NCBI RefSeq assembly: GCF_052908155.1
Contig: NZ_CM128601.1
DNA length: 32,000 nucleotides
Direction: 5' to 3' (one strand)
Every line of letters begins with the position of its first letter. The first letter of the stretch is position 1. The notes under the pieces are model-generated. The model did no database searches. It had not been told where the DNA came from and saw only the letters and a program-made list of their open reading frames with translations. The translations under genes were made by a program, and so were the position numbers. Positions 28,589 through 32,000 of this stretch are shown in pieces.

Positions 28589-29392
28589 ATGAAAAGCGTA
28601 CTTGCAGCAGCGGCTATGTCGCTTGTTATTTCTGATTTTGCCAATGCTGAGGAAACAAGAGGTAAAGCTATGATGAAAATAGAACCGTCAGCGATTTCGG
28701 AAGCTGATATTCGTTCCGTCTCACCGGCTCTCGCGCGCTTTGGTCGCGAAGCTATTACTGAAGATCTGTGGACACGCGACGCCCTCTCACCGAGGGATCG
28801 TAGTGTGGTGACCGTCGCCATGCTGATTGCCCGCAACCAGCCTGCCGAGCTTAAGCACTATATTGACGTCGCTCTCGATAGCGGCGTGACGCCAGCGGAA
28901 TTATCAGAAATCATTACCCATCTGGCGTTCTACTCAGGTTGGCCAAATGCAATGTCAGCCGTCAGCGTGACCAAAGCAGTATTTGAAACTCGTGGCGTCA
29001 CGCCAGATGCGCTTCCTGACGCTTCTCCGGACCTGCTTCCTCTCAATCAGGAAGCAGAAAAGCAGCGTTCAGAGACAGTGGAAAAAAATGTTGGCCGAAT
29101 ATCTCCAGGCTTGGTTAAATTTACTGCTGACCCACTGTTCCTGGATCTCTGGCAAAGACCCGCGCTAACCCCCCGTGATAGAAGCCTAATTACGGTCAGC
29201 GCGTTAATCGCATCTGGACAGAGCGCGCAGATTGGCTATCACCTTAACAGAGCGATGGATAATGGACTTTCTGTTGAGGAAGCTGGTGAGATCGTTACCC
29301 AGGCCGTCTTCTATGCTGGCTGGCCAAACGCATTTACCGCTGCTCCGGTTGTGGGAGAGGTGCTAAACAATCGATCATCGAGTAAAAGGTAA
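28589..29392 (+). CDS. Secreted protein with two carboxymuconolactone-decarboxylase (AhpD-like) domains
   Basis: Signal-like N-terminus MKSVLAAAAMSLVISDFANA. The domain is duplicated (LWTRDALSPRDRSVVTVAML..THLAFYSGWPNA and LWQRPALTPRDRSLITVSAL..TQAVFYAGWPNA). Confidence 0.75.
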   Translation: MKSVLAAAAMSLVISDFANAEETRGKAMMKIEPSAISEADIRSVSPALARFGREAITEDLWTRDALSPRDRSVVTVAMLIARNQPAELKHYIDVALDSGVTPAELSEIITHLAFYSGWPNAMSAVSVTKAVFETRGVTPDALPDASPDLLPLNQEAEKQRSETVEKNVGRISPGLVKFTADPLFLDLWQRPALTPRDRSLITVSALIASGQSAQIGYHLNRAMDNGLSVEEAGEIVTQAVFYAGWPNAFTAAPVVGEVLNNRSSSKR

Positions 29393-29491
29393 CATTACTG
29401 AACACTAAAACCTGACGCACATCACAAAATTAGAACGATCAGTTCATGAACCAACAGACGTGACATCGAGTGATTTATGGACAGCGTTTAA

Positions 29492-29526
29492 CACAGTTAT
29501 GAACCAAAACTGAGTTCATAACTGTG
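29492..29526. repeat. Perfect 13-bp inverted repeat with a 9-nt spacer
   Basis: CACAGTTATGAAC (29492-29504) / GTTCATAACTGTG (29514-29526). A related palindrome GTTCATGAAC lies at 29443-29452. Confidence 0.6.
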
Positions 29527-29798
29527 AGTTTGAATCGCCATTTGATTAATATCCATTTAAAACAGTTTGTTATGCTGTTTCTGGTGCTGAAGTCAATTAT
29601 GTATATCCCTCAAACCCAGAATAGTTAAATGGAATTTGAGTGATGCGAAGCGATTTTCCAGTCGTCGTTATTACTTCAGGGTTCCAGAACATAAAGCCTC
29701 TCCTCTTTCATGATTGGCCTGTGCATACCGGATATAGGCTGGCAGGTTTGCCGTTTGCCGCATCTTCCCTGCGTTGAAGAGTCAGGCTGGCAAACCGC

Positions 29799-30053
29799 GT
29801 GCAAATGAACACCCCCACTTTCCATCAACACTTCAGACAGCTTGCGGGAATGAGTCCACTCCGGTATCAGAAATGGCTACGCCTCAATGAAGCCAGGCGA
29901 CTGATGCTGAATGAACATTACGATGTCACCACTGCAGCCTATGCTGTCGGTTACGAAAGCTTATCCCATTTCAGTCGGGAATATTCGCGGATGTTTGGAG
30001 AGTCACCTAAGAGAGATATTACCGGGTTAAGAAAGTCTGTCGGTCAGCTTTAA
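29799..30053 (+). pseudogene. yneL: AraC-family regulator remnant (C-terminal HTH only)
   Basis: FHQHFRQLAGMSPLRYQKWLRLNEARRLM...GYESLSHFSREYSRMFGESP is the second HTH of an AraC/XylS domain. There is no N-terminal domain. The position between dif and the fimbrial genes matches K-12 yneL. Confidence 0.7.
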
Positions 30054-30486
30054 TAAACCCTGCACTTATCTGTTTAGAGCAATTCCGTGTTAGTTACACC
30101 AGGCAAACATTAACCATGGCTAATGTTTTATAGCCATATAAACCATTGGCCGCTCTTGACCTTTCCTGACACTTCCCTTGTTCGCAATAATATTCTGTTT
30201 AGTCGCTGTTTATAAATAACATGCATAATGAAATCGTAATGTTATTTAGCGACATAAAATGTCTTTGCAAATACTCTCTACAACAAGTGCTGCAATAAAC
30301 TTGTTGTGATTAGGTGTCCTTGTAATTTAAAGATATTATCGTTCTTCGTGAAATGTAATAACCCTGGAAACTATATTCTCAGGGCAATATCCCATCAAGA
30401 ATGATTCTTGTTTTATAAGCAATAACAGAATGACTTAATTGTTAACTTTCTTTATTCAGCTACTTAAATATAAATTTTGGAGAATT

Positions 30487-31050
30487 ATGAAACTCAAACA
30501 TGTCGGTATGATTGTCGTTTCTGTGTTGGCGATGTCGTCTGCTGCGGTAAGCGCAGCCGAGGGTGATGAATCAGTAACGACCACTGTTAATGGCGGTGTT
30601 ATTCATTTTAAAGGTGAAGTGGTAAATGCCGCTTGTGCGATTGATTCAGAATCAATGAACCAAACGGTTGAGCTGGGTCAGGTCCGTTCTTCTCGTCTGG
30701 CTAAAGCGGGTGACCTCAGCTCCGCCGTTGGCTTCAATATCAAGCTGAATGATTGTGATACCAATGTTTCCAGTAATGCAGCTGTTGCATTCCTGGGTAC
30801 TACTGTCACCAGTAATGACGATACGTTAGCGCTGCAGAGTTCAGCGGCAGGCTCTGCCCAAAATGTCGGTATTCAAATTTTGGACCGTACGGGTGAGGTA
30901 TTAATACTTGATGGTGCCACTTTTAGTGCTAAAACTGACTTGATTGATGGCACGAATATATTGCCGTTCCAGGCTCGATATATTGCTCTCGGGCAGTCAG
31001 TAGCTGGTACTGCAAACGCTGATGCGACCTTCAAAGTTCAATATCTATAA
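30487..31050 (+). CDS. Type-1-like fimbrial major subunit (F9/Fml/Yde-type operon), 187 aa
   Basis: Signal peptide, the conserved Cys pair ([10 protein letters not shown]...KLNDCD) and a C-terminal ATFKVQYL beta-strand typical of FimA-family pilins. The start was chosen at ATG 30487. Confidence 0.85.
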   Translation: MKLKHVGMIVVSVLAMSSAAVSAAEGDESVTTTVNGGVIHFKGEVVNAACAIDSESMNQTVELGQVRSSRLAKAGDLSSAVGFNIKLNDCDTNVSSNAAVAFLGTTVTSNDDTLALQSSAAGSAQNVGIQILDRTGEVLILDGATFSAKTDLIDGTNILPFQARYIALGQSVAGTANADATFKVQYL

Positions 31051-31091
31051 TTCAATCTTAAGGTGGCTATACGTCATCTGAAATTGAAACA

Positions 31092-31120
31092 GGGTGTGTG
31101 TGGCATGGCTACGCACACCC
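31092..31120 (+). other. Stem-loop after the pilin gene (possible attenuator or mRNA stabiliser)
   Basis: GGGTGTGTG / CGCACACCC form a 9-bp stem (one G-U pair) with an 11-nt loop. No T-tract follows. Confidence 0.4.
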
Positions 31121-31412
31121 GAGCAATTCACCAATGTTCATCTCATTATTAATGAGGAATAGTTTGTGTTTTGGAGCGGTATGAAAAAATCACATAATAT
31201 CTAAACGATCAATAAACAACAGTAGTTAAACTTACTGTTATTTAAAATATTTACTTTGTAGCAAGGTTTTCCTATTAAAAGAGAACCAACATTTATTACA
31301 AACGCATTAAGTCTGGAAACCCGGCGAGTCGCCAATGTATTAGCAACATTTACCGATTGTCTGATGTAACGGTTTCCCCGCTTATCCTCTTAACACATGG
31401 AGAATGCATCAG

Positions 31413-32000
31413 ATGCAAACTGCGCGTACCCCCTACTCTATTTCCTTTATGGCGACAGTGTTACTTTTATTGCTCTTTGCTTGCCATAGCACCGTTGCCA
31501 ACGCAGCTGTCGCACTGGGTGCGACGCGGGTAATTTATCCGGCAAACCAGAAACAGGTTTTATTGCCTGTCACGAATAATGATCCTGCCAGTGTCTATCT
31601 CATTCAGTCATGGATAGAAAATGCAGGTGACCAAAAAGACACCCAGTTTGTCATTACCCCACCGCTTTTTTCCATGCAAGGTAAAAAAGAGAATACGCTG
31701 CGGATAATCAACGCCACTAATCATCAGTTACCAGGCGACCGTGAAAGCCTGTTCTGGGTTAATGTTAAAGCTATTCCTGCTATGGAAAAAGATCAGAAGA
31801 ATGAGAATACATTACAGCTGGCAATTATTAGCCGCATAAAAATGTTTTATCGCCCCACGAACCTGGCAATGGCACCTGAAGAAGCGCCTGCAATGCTTCG
31901 GTTTCGTCGCAGCGGCAGCAAACTCACTCTTATTAATCCAACGCCCTACTTCATTACCGTAACAAATATGAAAGCAGGAAATAGCAATCTCCCAAACACC
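31413..32000 (+). CDS. PapD/FimC-like periplasmic fimbrial chaperone, N-terminal 196 codons (runs off the window)
   Basis: My own translation is MQTARTPYSISFMATVLLLLLFACHSTVANAAVALGATRVIYPANQKQVLLPVTNND...YLIQSWIEN...PPLF...RESLFWVNVKAIP. These are classic chaperone motifs. GGAGA lies 9 nt upstream. Confidence 0.85.
   Translation, partial: MQTARTPYSISFMATVLLLLLFACHSTVANAAVALGATRVIYPANQKQVLLPVTNNDPASVYLIQSWIENAGDQKDTQFVITPPLFSMQGKKENTLRIINATNHQLPGDRESLFWVNVKAIPAMEKDQKNENTLQLAIISRIKMFYRPTNLAMAPEEAPAMLRFRRSGSKLTLINPTPYFITVTNMKAGNSNLPNT

Overview
This window looks like the replication-terminus region of an Escherichia coli chromosome. The conserved backbone runs lsrK (3' part), a disrupted AIDA-like autotransporter (yneO-type pseudogene), hipBA with its four operators, dif, a yneL-type AraC remnant, and the start of an F9/Fml-type chaperone-usher fimbrial operon. 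Two accessory blocks sit in this backbone. (1) Positions 8440-19890 hold an 11.4-kb tandem array of two filamentous-phage-type elements inserted at dif and delimited by three dif-like sites. The right element (8.4 kb) looks like a complete Ff-like inovirus: P2-gpA-type initiator, putative ssDNA-binding protein, small coat proteins, major coat protein, pIII-, pVI- and pI/Zot-like proteins, and its own secretin. It also carries a leftward operon of three small RHH-like regulators plus a roughly 50-aa hydrophobic peptide. The left element (3.0 kb) shares the att hairpin, one repressor and the hydrophobic peptide. It has an unrelated Rep_trans (RstA-like) initiator, and of the morphogenesis genes it keeps only a 29-codon stub and the last 108 codons of a secretin, so its layout resembles an RS1-like satellite. 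Each att region contains two inverted dif-like sites that can fold into a forked hairpin, which suggests CTX-phi-style single-strand integration by XerCD. (2) Positions 19.9-29.8 kb hold a LysR-associated redox or electrophile-detoxification islet that is decaying: a frameshifted DJ-1/PfpI gene, an aldo-keto reductase split by a complete IS100 with a 5-bp target duplication, and an internally deleted amidohydrolase. An intact pair of signal-peptide-bearing tandem-ABM and tandem-CMD proteins remains. All family assignments come from reading motifs and from memory of known sequences. No database search was possible.
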